From an uncultured delta proteobacterium (GTDB taxonomy: Bacteria; Desulfobacterota; WTBG01; CAIYCZ01; CAIRTM01), in contig CAWDSQ010000001.1 of the NCBI GenBank assembly GCA_963804955.1, forward strand, positions 114,905-178,904: DNA of 64,000 nucleotides. The letters run 5' to 3'. The notes beneath the pieces were generated by a model, which was given only the letters and a program-made list of their open reading frames with translations, searched no databases and was not told where the DNA came from. Position 1 is the stretch's first letter. Every line of letters begins with the position of its first letter. Shown one piece after another: positions 30,005 to 41,264 of the stretch. The translations under genes and the position numbers were made by a program.

Positions 30005-30946
30005 ATGAAATACTTTCTTCCTCAAGCTGTGTTAGTGCTGGCCGGCATGGTTGTTTTCTGCCTTGCCTGTGATGCTGATGCCCGCGGTGTGGGCCGTGGC
30101 GGAGGCGGTCGGGGGGGCTTTGGCGGTGGAGGGTCGTATGGCTCGGTCAGGCAGTCGGGCGGCTATGGCAGCAGACCCGTAAACAGGCCTGAGCGTCCCT
30201 CGTCCGACTCATGGGAAAACCGCCGCGATATGCAGCGCGGTCAGTACGGATCAGTGCGGCAGAATGCAGAGACAGAGGAGCTGCAAAACTGGGGAGAAGA
30301 ACGCATTGATGACAGGAACTCGCGCCAGGAGAGGCGCCAGGAGCGCCGCCAGAGGATAGAGGACTCCAGGCTGGGGGAGTATGCCGCACTGCGGGAGGTA
30401 CGGGAAAACCGGGATGATTTTATCTATTATGCCTATGATGACTACTGGTATGGCTGGGACGACTGGTATCTTGACAACTATGATTATTATGATCACTGGT
30501 ATTACCCGGCAACCGAATTTGCTGTTGCTTCAAACCCTGTTGTGATCGGCGTAAACACCTACTATTACACAAGCGAGGGTTATTGGTATATTCAGGTTTC
30601 AGACGAGGGTGAGACCGGGTATGTAAGGATTTCGACTCCTGCCGGGCATGAAGCAGCTGAGCTGCCGTCAGGATACAAGACCATCACAGCCGACGGCAGA
30701 ACCTACTATGTCAGCAACGGAACATTTTACATAAGCATCCAGAGTGATAGTGAAAACGCATATCTTGTGGTTACCCCACCTTTCGGGGTCGAGGTGCCCG
30801 AACTGCCCCGGGATGCGGTGGCCGTGAACGAGGAAGGCTGCACCTATTACCAGCATGATCTGACCTGGTACCGAAAAATAACGGATGACGGCAAAACAAG
30901 CAGCAAAAGAGCCTATATGATTGTCGCCTCTCCTTTTAAAAAATAG
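30005..30946 (+). CDS. Exported Gly/Arg-rich protein with DUF6515-like C-terminal domain (paralog of 32149-33390)
   Basis: Signal peptide ending ADA, RGG tract, Y/D/W-rich tract and repeated LP.GY..I...G.TYY..NG.FY units. Confidence 0.7.
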   Translation: MKYFLPQAVLVLAGMVVFCLACDADARGVGRGGGGRGGFGGGGSYGSVRQSGGYGSRPVNRPERPSSDSWENRRDMQRGQYGSVRQNAETEELQNWGEERIDDRNSRQERRQERRQRIEDSRLGEYAALREVRENRDDFIYYAYDDYWYGWDDWYLDNYDYYDHWYYPATEFAVASNPVVIGVNTYYYTSEGYWYIQVSDEGETGYVRISTPAGHEAAELPSGYKTITADGRTYYVSNGTFYISIQSDSENAYLVVTPPFGVEVPELPRDAVAVNEEGCTYYQHDLTWYRKITDDGKTSSKRAYMIVASPFKK

Positions 30947-30974
30947 AGCATTTTTCTAAATAGTGTAGCCCTAT

Positions 30975-31090
30975 TGTCATTTCGAATCCCGCAGCAGGCG
31001 GGATGAGAAATCTTAACAACTTGATTATACTGCAGCCTAAGATCTCTCCCGGAGCCTGCCATGAGCGAAGTCGAAGGGGTCGAGATGACA
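30975..31090. repeat. REP-like palindromic element
   Basis: TGTCATTTCGA...GAGAAATCTTA...TAAGATCTCTC...TCGAGATGACA nested inverted repeats. Confidence 0.55.
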
Positions 31091-31357
31091 GATAGATAGA
31101 CCGTCTATAGTAAAAAGAAAAATGCTCTAGTGCTGCAGAAACGGTAGGTCTCTGCAAGCATGAGCAATCGATCGCATGTCCGGATACCCCGGGCTGCGTG
31201 CCGGGTGGGGCAGCATGAAGAGGTTGCGGCCTATTCTGTAATCAATTTTTAATTTATTTTGTATTGGATTTTCTGAGCTGTGCTAAAATAACTTGAAAGA
31301 GCAGTGCTTCCGCATTTTGTGAAACAGGGAATTTAATAACTTTATGAGGAGACAGCC

Positions 31358-32125
31358 ATGAAGTACATGCTGCAGCTGGTGTTTTTTTCTGCATTTTTTG
31401 TATCGCTGACGGCAGGTTTCGGTTGGGGTGCTTCTGCCGCCTCGATTGATCCGCAGGCCGAGAAAATTATGCAGGCCATGAACGCTCAGAAAAAAAAGAA
31501 TATCATGGCCAGCCTGGAAATTGTTGACACCATGGATGAAGTGTCCGAAGCCGGGCAGATGATCCAGTACTCCCATATGCGCAGGCTGGTGGTCAGCGAG
31601 CCGAAGCGGTTCTGGATCGAATCGACAGGCGACATTACCAACACCACCATGTGGAAAGACAATACGACGATTACCCTGCTTGACCGCAGGGCCAATGCCT
31701 ATGCGCAGGCAGCGGCTCCCGGCACCATTGACGAGACCATGGACATGCTGCTTGACACCTACGGAGTTACAACGCCCCTTGCCGACCTGCTGAGCGATGA
31801 CCTGTTCGCGGTTTTGATGAAAAACGTCATAGCCTGCCGCTACGTGGGGCTCCACTCTGCCGACGGCATTACGTGCCACCATATCGCGGCGACGCAGAAA
31901 AATATCGACTGGCAGATATGGATTGACGCCGGAGGTACACCTCAGTTGCGCAAAATCATCATAACCTATAAACAGAAGCCCGGTGCGCCGCAGTACACCG
32001 CGGTTTTGAAAAGTTTTAATGAGATTAAGCAGCTGCCCGGGGACACTTTTACCTTCAAGGCGCCGGAAAAAGTCGAAAAGATACCACTTCTCCCAGTAAA
32101 AAAACGCTCTAAAAAACAGCCGTAA
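31358..32125 (+). CDS. DUF2092-like periplasmic protein
   Basis: Signal peptide; PLADLL, CHHIA..Q.NIDWQIWID.G..P.LRKIIITYK..PGAPQY and FTFKAP motifs. Confidence 0.8.
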   Translation: MKYMLQLVFFSAFFVSLTAGFGWGASAASIDPQAEKIMQAMNAQKKKNIMASLEIVDTMDEVSEAGQMIQYSHMRRLVVSEPKRFWIESTGDITNTTMWKDNTTITLLDRRANAYAQAAAPGTIDETMDMLLDTYGVTTPLADLLSDDLFAVLMKNVIACRYVGLHSADGITCHHIAATQKNIDWQIWIDAGGTPQLRKIIITYKQKPGAPQYTAVLKSFNEIKQLPGDTFTFKAPEKVEKIPLLPVKKRSKKQP

Positions 32126-32148
32126 CTTTTGCCGGGAAGGAGGCGGGT

Positions 32149-33390
32149 ATGAAACGAGTAAGCAGTATTGCAGCAGTAATTTTTGCAGGTATTTTTGTTT
32201 TCTGCCTTACCTATGACGCTGATGCCCGCGGCGGCGGCAGAGGGGGTGGCGGCGGTGGCCGTGGCGGTGGTGGTGGCGGCGGAGGATTCAGTCGGGGGGG
32301 CGGGGGATTCGGCGGCGGAGGTTCCTACGGCTCGGTGCGTCAATCAAGCGGCTCCGGCCGTTCAGCAAGCCGGTCCAGCGATTATGGCCGATCATCCAGT
32401 CGGTCCGGCGACTCCAGCCGTTCATCAGGGCGATCATACGATAGATCGAGCGATTATGGCTCGGGGCGCACCAGCGGCAAGGATTACAGCTCGCTGATGA
32501 GCGGCAGCCAGAGCAGCAGCCGCGATGTGCAGCGAGGGCAGTACGGATCAGTGCGCCAGAGCCCGGACACGGCACGGGCGGAAAGCCAGCGCACAAGCAG
32601 CAGCACTGACAGGACTGCGCGGCAGGATTCGCGCACCGACGGAGCGCGACCGACACGTCAGGACACGCGAACAACGGAGCGCACCACCAGGCAGGATGAG
32701 CGAACAACCGAGCGCACCGGCCGGCAGGATGAGCGGAGTACGAACCGAACCGAGCGGCAGGATGGCCGGGCGGAAGGCAGCACGGATCGTCAGGCAAATC
32801 GCAGCGAGCGCCGGCAGAACATACAGGACTCGAAGCTTGGAGAGTATGCCGGCATGCGGGGGCTGCAGGAAAACAGGCAGGATTTTCTGGAAGATTCCTA
32901 TGATGATTACTGGGATGACTGGGATGACTATTATCATGACAACCATTATTATTACGACCACCACTATTACCCGGCAGCAGCCTTTATCATCATACCCACA
33001 GCCGTTATAGTCGGCACCACCACCTATTACACAAGCGAGGGTCAATATTACAGCCAGGTTTCAAATCAGGGTGAGACCGGCTATGTAAAGGTTTCGACTC
33101 CCGCCGGCTATGAAACAGCCACGCTGCCCGCAGGATATAAGACCATTATTGCCGACGGCAAAACCTATTATGTCAGCAATGGGACATTTTACATAAAGCC
33201 CCAGGGCAAAAGCACCTATATCGTGGTTACCCCGCCCTTTGGGATCGAAGTGCCAGAGCTGCCCAAAGATGCCGTGCCGGTTAAAGTAGAGGGCAAAACC
33301 TATTACCAGTATGATCTGGTGTATTACCGCAAAGTCGTAGATGAAGGCAAAACGAGCTATGTGATTGTCGCCTCTCCGTTTAAAAAATAG
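32149..33390 (+). CDS. Exported Gly/Ser/Arg-rich repeat protein with DUF6515-like C-terminal domain
   Basis: Signal peptide, poly-Gly/RGG, S/R-rich tract and ~11-aa RQD repeats; C-terminus highly similar to 30005-30946, both ending VASPFKK. Confidence 0.72.
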   Translation: MKRVSSIAAVIFAGIFVFCLTYDADARGGGRGGGGGGRGGGGGGGGFSRGGGGFGGGGSYGSVRQSSGSGRSASRSSDYGRSSSRSGDSSRSSGRSYDRSSDYGSGRTSGKDYSSLMSGSQSSSRDVQRGQYGSVRQSPDTARAESQRTSSSTDRTARQDSRTDGARPTRQDTRTTERTTRQDERTTERTGRQDERSTNRTERQDGRAEGSTDRQANRSERRQNIQDSKLGEYAGMRGLQENRQDFLEDSYDDYWDDWDDYYHDNHYYYDHHYYPAAAFIIIPTAVIVGTTTYYTSEGQYYSQVSNQGETGYVKVSTPAGYETATLPAGYKTIIADGKTYYVSNGTFYIKPQGKSTYIVVTPPFGIEVPELPKDAVPVKVEGKTYYQYDLVYYRKVVDEGKTSYVIVASPFKK

Positions 33391-33475
33391 CAGTGCCCGC
33401 TCACCATAAACAGCGGCATACATAACAGCGTGTGCTTTTACAATGTTCTTCAAACATTAATAAAAGGGAGAAAAC

Positions 33476-34165
33476 ATGAAAATTCAAAAAAGAAACGGTA
33501 CGGGAATCTGTCTGCTGGCAGCCATTGTTTGTCTGCTCGGGGCCTGCGCGACGATGCAGGCCCGCAGCACGAATACAACGGGATTTCTGGGTGACTATTC
33601 GCAGCTTAAAGAGGGCGGCGACGGCAAGGCCCTGCTGGTGTATATCGACCCGCAGGCTGATATCAAATCCTACAAGCGTATTCTCATGGACCCGGTCAAG
33701 CTGTATGCCTCGAAGGAGAACAGCATGGAGAATGTTTCCCTGGAAGACCGGCAGAAGCTCCTGAATTATGCTGATGCCTCCATTCGCGAACATCTTGCAA
33801 AAGATTATGTATTCGTGCAGCAGCCCGGCCCCGGTGTCATGCGCCTGCGCTTTGCACTTACCGAGACCGATAGCTCCTATGTGGTTCTTGATACGGTCTC
33901 CACCATTCTGCCCATAGGCCTTGCTTTGGCCGGCCTTCAGACGGCTGCAACGGGCTCATGCTCCTTTGTCGGCTCCGCGGGCGCCGAAATCGAGCTGCAG
34001 GACAGCCAGACCGGCAAGCGCCTTGTGGCGGCGGTTGACCGCCAGGTAGGGGGCAAAGTGACCGGCAAGGGCGACAAGTTTGACGAATGGCACACGGTGA
34101 AGAATGCCATCGACTTCTGGGCTGAGCGCCTGCAGACCCGCCTTGCCGAGCAGCGGGCGAAGTAA
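33476..34165 (+). CDS. DUF3313-like lipoprotein (copy 3 of 3)
   Basis: Lipobox LGAC; near-identical blocks to copies 1 and 2. Confidence 0.8.
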   Translation: MKIQKRNGTGICLLAAIVCLLGACATMQARSTNTTGFLGDYSQLKEGGDGKALLVYIDPQADIKSYKRILMDPVKLYASKENSMENVSLEDRQKLLNYADASIREHLAKDYVFVQQPGPGVMRLRFALTETDSSYVVLDTVSTILPIGLALAGLQTAATGSCSFVGSAGAEIELQDSQTGKRLVAAVDRQVGGKVTGKGDKFDEWHTVKNAIDFWAERLQTRLAEQRAK

Positions 34166-34273
34166 GGAAAGGAGAAAGGCTTTTGAACGAAAAAGCTGCC
34201 CGTAGTATTTCGCAGCTTGAAGGGGGCTCGCTGCGCACCTGTAACCATAAACAGTAAAAAGGAGAAAAAAGGC

Positions 34274-34891
34274 ATGAAAAAGACGTATGCGACTCTGATG
34301 GCAATAACTCTGATGGCGGTACTGTCTGCCTGCGCAACCGCGAAGCAGGAGGCTCCTGCAGCGCCTGAAGTATCAGTAGCGGCGGCAAAATCAGCTGACC
34401 AGCCCGGCGGCATTATCGGCCAAAAGGTGGTGACCAGGGTCGTAGTCGATTCAATAGATTACAAAGAGCGCACCGCGGTGCTGCGCGACAGCGAGAACAA
34501 GCTGCACTATTTCAAGGCGGGGCCTGAAATTCGCAATTTCCCCCAGCTGAAAGTCGGCGACGAGGTTATCACGGAGCAAACGGAATCAGTTGCCATTCTT
34601 GTGGACAAGCCTCAGGGCAAGCCTGCCGGAGGCGGCGCCCAGGTTGTGAAGCGCGCTCCCCTTGGCGCAAAACCCGGCATGGAAGCCGTAAATGTATACG
34701 AGGTTACAGCCACCGTGGAGAAAATCGACTATAAAAACCGTATGATAACGCTCAAGGGCCCGGAGGGGAAGTTCATCACAACGCAAGTTGATCCGAGCCT
34801 CACCAGATTCAATGAGGTTAAAAAAGGCGATATGATTTATATGCAGTTCACCGAGGGGCTGGCGATCCGCGTTGAAACGCCGCAAAAATAA
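34274..34891 (+). CDS. Hypothetical lipoprotein with two OB-fold-like repeats
   Basis: Lipobox LSAC; repeated V..IDYK.R...L....K.GD pattern. Confidence 0.7.
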   Translation: MKKTYATLMAITLMAVLSACATAKQEAPAAPEVSVAAAKSADQPGGIIGQKVVTRVVVDSIDYKERTAVLRDSENKLHYFKAGPEIRNFPQLKVGDEVITEQTESVAILVDKPQGKPAGGGAQVVKRAPLGAKPGMEAVNVYEVTATVEKIDYKNRMITLKGPEGKFITTQVDPSLTRFNEVKKGDMIYMQFTEGLAIRVETPQK

Positions 34892-35165
34892 TGGTAGTTC
34901 AGCCCGGGGCTGAGCAGCGCAATGAAAAGAATGCTTTTTGCAGGCCGGGTTAATCCGCCGCGGCGGATGCCCGGCCCTGCTTGTATCGGGCAGAACCACA
35001 GTATGACGCAGCGTAAAATCTGTGTAGGCCGGCCGGCTCGATTGTATTGACAGAAACGGAAAAATAGGGAAAATATCCATGCAGGCTGGCGATGGAGGCT
35101 TCTGACGAGCCGCCTGGCTATTGAAAAAGTTTCGAGGATAATTTTATACATGGAGAAATGCGGGC

Positions 35166-35387
35166 ATGAAATACGACTGGGTTAAGAAAAGGAGAAAAGT
35201 GCTGCGCAATATCTGGCACTCACTCAAAATAGAAGAAAAAGAGCTGGCATCTAAAGGCATTTTTGTAAGCTATGCAAATGCCCAGCAGGAGCTTGAGAAG
35301 CTTACAGCTGAAATTGATAAAATTCCAGTGGATGATCCGCCGGAAATATCGCCCCATAAGGCGGCCCGGAAGGCTATAACCGGTTAG
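35166..35387 (+). CDS. Small basic hypothetical protein
   Basis: 73-aa ORF with GGAG upstream; coiled-coil-like. Confidence 0.45.
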   Translation: MKYDWVKKRRKVLRNIWHSLKIEEKELASKGIFVSYANAQQELEKLTAEIDKIPVDDPPEISPHKAARKAITG

Positions 35388-35591
35388 CCCGCTACGCAAG
35401 ACGGCAGGGTGCGGCAGTGCGGACTTTCTTTTTATTGACGCACAAACGAAATCCATATACAATGGATTTTAAATGAAGGCATCTACGCTCGGAGACTTCC
35501 CCCCCTCTTGTCTCCGGGCAGCCTTCATTTTTTTTTGTCTTCAGGGAACCAGAGCCCTAAATCTGAAAACAGGTAAAAATACGAGGGTTCC

Positions 35592-36924
35592 ATGCGCACA
35601 TTTTTCAGAGAGACGCAACAGCCGGGTTTGCGGACCCCACTTGTTTTTTGCTTCATTGCCCTCATGCTCTCCGGCTGCACGCATATGGGCGGTTATCTCG
35701 GCTTTTGGCAGCATCAGCATGAGCTGAAGAAAGCCTTTCATGAAGACCCCCGCGCCGACCTGCTTCGGCAGCTTGACCCGCAAGACTGCTTTCTGCTTGC
35801 GGGTGCCTTTGCTTTCACGAGTGATTATAATAAGCCGGTGCTGGTTGTTGCTGTCACCGACAGGTTCAAGAAGCGCGAGATCGTTGCCCAAAGAATTCTG
35901 CAGCCGGGCGTCTTTCTCTATCAGGCCTACCTTCCCGAAGGCCACTATGACCTGTATTTTTTCGCGGACCTTGATGAAAACGATTTCTTCGACGCCCATG
36001 AGATGATCGGCCAAACAGCCGGTGAGCCGATACGGGTAAACAGGGCGGAAGTTAAAGACGGCCTGACGGTTCTCGGCCCTTCCTTCATTTTCGATCTCAG
36101 CCGCCCGGCAACAACCGCTTTGCCGGTGAGAGTCAGGGTTCGTGACCAGGCGTATGCCTTTGATTCTCTTGATGACGGGTTTTTTGATCCGCACTACGGC
36201 GACCTTGGACTGTATAAACCCATGGCCTTCATGGCCCATACGCAGCGCTATGTATTTTCCCTTGAGAAACTGGATCCAGGGAAAACGATGGTGCTTTTTG
36301 TCCATGGGGTTGGGGGCACACCCCGGGATTTTAAATATCTGGTTGCCGGCCTTGATACAAAACGCTATCAGCCGTGGTTTTACTTTTATCCGTCGGGCAT
36401 GCCGCTGCAAAAACTCGGCTCCTTGCTTGCGCGGATCATCAGGTATCTTACCGCGGCTCAATATTTTCATGTGCAGCGCGTTATTGTCGTGGCGCACAGC
36501 ATGGGCGGGCTGGTGGCGCTGTCCGCCTTGAATGAGCTTTACCGCGACGGCGCGCCGCCATATTTGCAAGGATATGTCTCCTTTGATTCTCCCTATGGCG
36601 GGGTTGAAGCAGCCAAAAAGGGCGTGGAAAAAGCCCCTGCGGTAGTGCCGTCATGGCGTGATGTGGCAACCGGAAGTCCCTTTCTTGAACAGCTCTACCA
36701 GGGGCCTGCACTGGCCGCACTTCCTTTTTATCTTTTTCGGCTACACAACCGGCGACAGCAGCGACGGAACCATAACCCTGCAGAGCCAGCTGGAGGCAAA
36801 GGTGCATTTTTCGGCTTCTAAAAGCTACGGCTTCAATGCCACCCATGTGGGCATCCTGAATGACGATGCGGCCCGGCAGCAATTCTACCGGGTGCTTGCA
36901 GGTCTTGACGGTAACGGGAATTGA
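35592..36924 (+). CDS. Lipoprotein alpha/beta hydrolase, frameshift near 36735
   Basis: LSGC lipobox, VLFVHGVGG, AHSMGG elbow and SPYGG; SDGTI and THVGIL are in the next frame. Confidence 0.8.
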
Positions 36925-37010
36925 CCGGAAATCCAGCATGCTGAGAAATTAAAAAGCGGCCAGGCGTAATGCCTTGGCCGCTTTTAGTTGCATAGTATGG
37001 ATGGAGTTTC

Positions 37011-39133
37011 TTACCTTCTGCCTCTGCCTCCGCCACCGAAACCGCCGACCTCCATAGCGGCTGCCGCCGCCACCATACCCCCCGCCAGAGCTGAAAGTTG
37101 AGTACCGTTGCGCGCCTTCCGAGCGCGAGCGGGCTGCTTCATTAAGTTCGCGCGTGCGGTCCTGTGTGCTGCCGGCGTCGCGGTTGCCGAACCGGCCCTG
37201 GCTGCTGTCGGTGTTTGCCGCCTGGTCAGTGCCGGTGGTGCTGGAATTTTTAGCGCGACTGGTTGCCGCCGGCTGTGTGGTGTCTCCCGCACGATGGTCC
37301 TGGATTTTTTTGATGTCCTTTGCCTTTGAATAGTTGGTCAGCTCCCACTCGCCGGAGTCGGCATCATACTGCTTCCAGCCGCCTGCTTCCCGCTTGTATA
37401 CTTCGCCGTCTGCGGGTGGCATAATGGCCGTCTTCGGTGCGGGCAAACGTGGTATCGCCCACCTTGGTATAATTGCCGTACTCATTATAGCCGCGCTCTA
37501 CGAATCTGCCGTCGTAGGTCTCGTGAATTTTAAAATAATCATCATTGTAATAATAATAATTCGGGGGCGGGTACCAGTAAGCGCCTGCCCAGCCCGGGTA
37601 CACATAGCCGGTCGAGTACACCACGGTGTTAGACGATGTTACAACCGCGCCGTTATAGCCGGAGGTATAGCCCGTATAGACGGCAGTGGGCGTTGTGCCG
37701 TAGACATAGACATAGGTCACATAATGCATGGGCGAGCTTGGCGGTATGGTGTAGATGACCTGCGGAACGCTGGTTGCCACGGCCCAGGGCCCGATGGGTG
37801 ATGTGCCGCAAAACCAGACGCCGTTCTGCACCAGGTAATAGGTTCTTGTCGTCGACGCGGATGACCGGCAGCGAAGCGTTTACCGCATAGCGCAGCGGGG
37901 TGCCCTCGATGGGATTGAACTGCGGCTGGCCGTCATAGGCAACCTTTGCGGTTGTCGATTTGCTGGTGGTCTGTGTGTGGGGCGTGGTTGCCTCGACAAC
38001 CGCCTGCCTGTGCCTGCGGCGTGCCGGGAACGGCGTATAAAGCGCGGCCTGCAGGGCTTTGCGGTGGGATGCGGGCAAAATCAGGCGGCAGGTCCTTGCC
38101 GTCGACAAAAGTCCAGGGTCCCTGTCGGGACTCTGAGCGATACCAGCGGCCATCGATCAAAATATAATACCTGAGGCTGTTCATATCAAAAAGAATTATA
38201 TCATTTGAGTTTGCCGCATAGCGCAGTGCTGTGCCGGGAATGTCTTCAAGATCAGGGTTGCCTTTTGTCTGAATAAGCCGTGCAGGAACGGTAGACACAT
38301 AAATATCCGGCAACTGCCCGGCCTTCATGCTTTTTTTGATCTCGGGAGAAATGTTTTCAAGCAGATCAACCTTTTTGCCTGCTGTCAGCTCTTTCTTTAC
38401 AGCCTCCAGGCCTGCCGTAGTGCCCGGTGCAGCCGACCATGGCCCGTCAAGAGAAGGCGCCTGCACCCAGCGGTCTGACAGCCACAGGTAAAAGGGGCTG
38501 CCGGATTTGCCTGCCAGCAGCAGCACGCCTGTATTGATGACTTGTTTGTACTCTGAATTTTTTATCTCGTGCAGCACGGGCTTGCCGTCAACCAGCGCCA
38601 GCACGGAGAGCTTTGTTGTAAAAATAATCAGGGGCGGCGTGTTCTTGACCTGAGCCGTTTTCTTTGGCATGGCTGAACCCGATACTTCATGGCTTGCCTG
38701 CAGCCGGTCAAGAGCGATCTGCACCGGGTGTCTGGGCAGCGCGGTCTTGAGTGCAGCGAGGTAGCTCTGACCTTTGTCAGGTATCCCCTGAAAATTTATT
38801 TTCGTAATGGCAAAATCCTGCAGCAGCACCATGCGGGTTTCTTTATTTACCTCGGTGCGCGCCGTGAACCAGACCGCGCCATAGCGCTGCTTCTGCTCCC
38901 CTGTAGCCTGTGCGCCGACGGCAGCCCTGGCGGTCAGTTTATTGCCCTCCCAGGTTTCAACCTGCGGCTGGCTGACCTGAGAAGGTCACAGCGCCTTCAA
39001 CAATCTGCCGGGGCCAGTCGTCGCGAACCATTTGCGTATCCTGCGGAAATGGCGCGGGAGGATTGTTTGCGCTCGCGCAGGACAGCAGCAGCATAAGCGA
39101 GAATATGACGTGCATTTTCTTGAGGGTTTTCAT
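37011..39133 (-). CDS. Large exported hypothetical protein with Gly/Arg-rich tail (several frameshifts)
   Basis: Consecutive minus-strand ORF pieces with WPR, QPQVETW.GN, repeated GPW motifs, IYTIPPSSP.HYVTYV.VY and a GGGRGRR end; AAAGGA RBS before ATG at 39133. Confidence 0.65.
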
Positions 39134-39184
39134 GGGTAGTATCCTTTCTTAACAGGCTTGCGGGAGACGGCTCCCGGGGACATA

Positions 39185-39974
39185 TTAAAAAGCATTGGGC
39201 ATCCAGCGCTTAAGCAGTTCCCTCAGGCGTCCGTTCTGTTTCCAGGCCTCGATGAAGCGATTGGCTGAAGCCAGAAGCATGGTATTGTCTTTGCGGACGC
39301 CCCAGGCGATCTCTTCACGGGTGAGAAAAAACGGCAATGTGGTTATGCCCTTGGTTTCGTAGGTCGCGGCAAGCCACCAGATGATCGGAGCGTCATCCAC
39401 AAAAAGGTCTATCTTGCCATCGATAAGAGCCTCAGCGCCTTTTGTAGGGTTGGCGAACGGCTCTTTTTTAGCCAGTGTCAAATTCTGCTGCACGAGAAAG
39501 TCGCCGGTGGTGCCCTTCCTCGTGCCTACCCGCATGGTCGTGAATCGAACGGCTGCAGTTGTGGGGTATCTGTTGCGCAGCTCATTGCGCACAAGGCACA
39601 TCTGACCTGCCGTGAGATAGGGGCTGGTGAAAGCAATGCGTACCGAGCGCTGCTCGGTTTTGGTCATGCCCGACATGATGATATCGAATTTGCCGTCGAG
39701 CAGCGCCGGTATCAGCTCGTTCCATGGGCAGTCGACAAACTGTATATTCATGCCCAGAGGCATCGCCAAGGCCCCTGGCAAGCTCGGCCTCAATCCCGGC
39801 ATAATCACCGGCCTGCTTGAAGATCATGGGCGGGGAATTGGCGCACACGCCCACGCGCAAAAGAGGCTGTGCAGGCGATGATTCTTTCGGCTGTTGAGCA
39901 GCACAGCCAAGGCAGAGGCAGATAAGAGCGCAGCCAAAAGCTGTCGCCAGTGATTTGAAAGCAGTACGATTCAT
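39185..39974 (-). CDS. Amino-acid ABC transporter substrate-binding lipoprotein (family 3), frameshift near 39790
   Basis: LGC lipobox, LRVGV....PP, W.ELIPALLDGKFDIIMSGMT.T..R and FT.PY. Confidence 0.85.
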
Positions 39975-40116
39975 AGTGGCATCCTTTCATGCAGTGTTTG
40001 CTGCGCCATTGCAGCTTCTTTAAAGAGCTTCAGGAAAGCATTTTAAGGTTGGGCTTTACGAAAAAGTAATGTATATAAAAACAATATAAAGTCAATCATT
40101 TCAGGGGCATGAGGCA

Positions 40117-41256
40117 ATGATTTCTCCTCCCGGCAGCACATTCCAGATGACAAGCTCGCCAGACGGCGCATGTACGCTGGTGCTTGCAGGGGCGTGGAGC
40201 ATATATCAGAGCCGGCCGTCAGTTGACGAGGCCCTCGGCAGGCTCAAGGCAGAGGAGGGCATAAAAAAAGTTTCCTTTGACTGTACGGCCCTCACCGGCT
40301 GGGACAGCGGCCTGCTGATCCTGCTTGCCAAAATAGCCGACATCTGCGCCTCCCGCGATATAGCCCTTGATAAAAGCGGCCTGCCCGACGGGCTGCAGCG
40401 GCTGCTGACGCTGGCCACGGCAATTCCCGAGCGCGCAGGCGCCCGCAAAACCGACATCCGCGATCCGTTTCTCGTCCGCGTTGCCGACGCAACATTCAAT
40501 CTGCAGGCCGGCGCCCGTGATGCCCTCGCTTTTATTGGCGATGTAACTCTTGCCCTCGGGCGGCTGTTGTCGGGCAAGGCACGCTTCCGCAAGGCCGAGC
40601 TGTTCTTCCTCATGCAGAGCTGCGGCGCCGAGGCTTTGCCCATCGTGTGCCTGATCAGCCTTCTTGTGGGCCTCATTCTTGCCTTTGTGGGCGCTGTGCA
40701 GCTCCAGATGTTCGGCGCCCAGATCTATGTGGCAAGCCTTGTGGGCATCGGCATGGTGCGCGTCATGGGCGCCATCATGACCGGCATCATCATGGCGGGC
40801 CGAACGGGCGCGGCCTTTGCCGCCGAGCTGGGCACCATGCAGGTAAACGAGGAGATCGATGCGCTGCAGACCATGGGCATCTCTCCCATGGAGTTTCTGG
40901 TGCTGCCGCGCATGATAGCCCTTACCGTCATGATGCCGCTGCTGTGCGTGTATGCCGATCTCATGGGCATACTGGGCGGCCTGATCGTCGGCGTCGGCAT
41001 GCTTGATCTCGGGGTCATGGAATACTATAACCAGACCGTCATATCGCTCAGCCTGACGCATTTCTGGATCGGCCTTTTTTACAGCACGGTTTTCGGCGTG
41101 CTGGTGGCGCTGTGCGGGTGCCTGCGGGGCATGCAGTGCGGCAGAAGCGCCTCTGCCGTGGGCACGGCAACCACCTCTGCCGTGGTGACATCGATAGTGT
41201 GCATCATTGTGGCAACAGCCATTATAACCGTGATCTGCAATGTGCTGGGGATATAA
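40117..41256 (+). CDS. mlaE: MlaE-family ABC permease with N-terminal STAS domain
   Basis: WDSG STAS motif; AGRTGAAFAAELGTMQVNEEIDAL, FLVLPR and VGTATTSAVV. Confidence 0.88.
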   Translation: MISPPGSTFQMTSSPDGACTLVLAGAWSIYQSRPSVDEALGRLKAEEGIKKVSFDCTALTGWDSGLLILLAKIADICASRDIALDKSGLPDGLQRLLTLATAIPERAGARKTDIRDPFLVRVADATFNLQAGARDALAFIGDVTLALGRLLSGKARFRKAELFFLMQSCGAEALPIVCLISLLVGLILAFVGAVQLQMFGAQIYVASLVGIGMVRVMGAIMTGIIMAGRTGAAFAAELGTMQVNEEIDALQTMGISPMEFLVLPRMIALTVMMPLLCVYADLMGILGGLIVGVGMLDLGVMEYYNQTVISLSLTHFWIGLFYSTVFGVLVALCGCLRGMQCGRSASAVGTATTSAVVTSIVCIIVATAIITVICNVLGI

Positions 41257-41264
41257 AGAATAGA

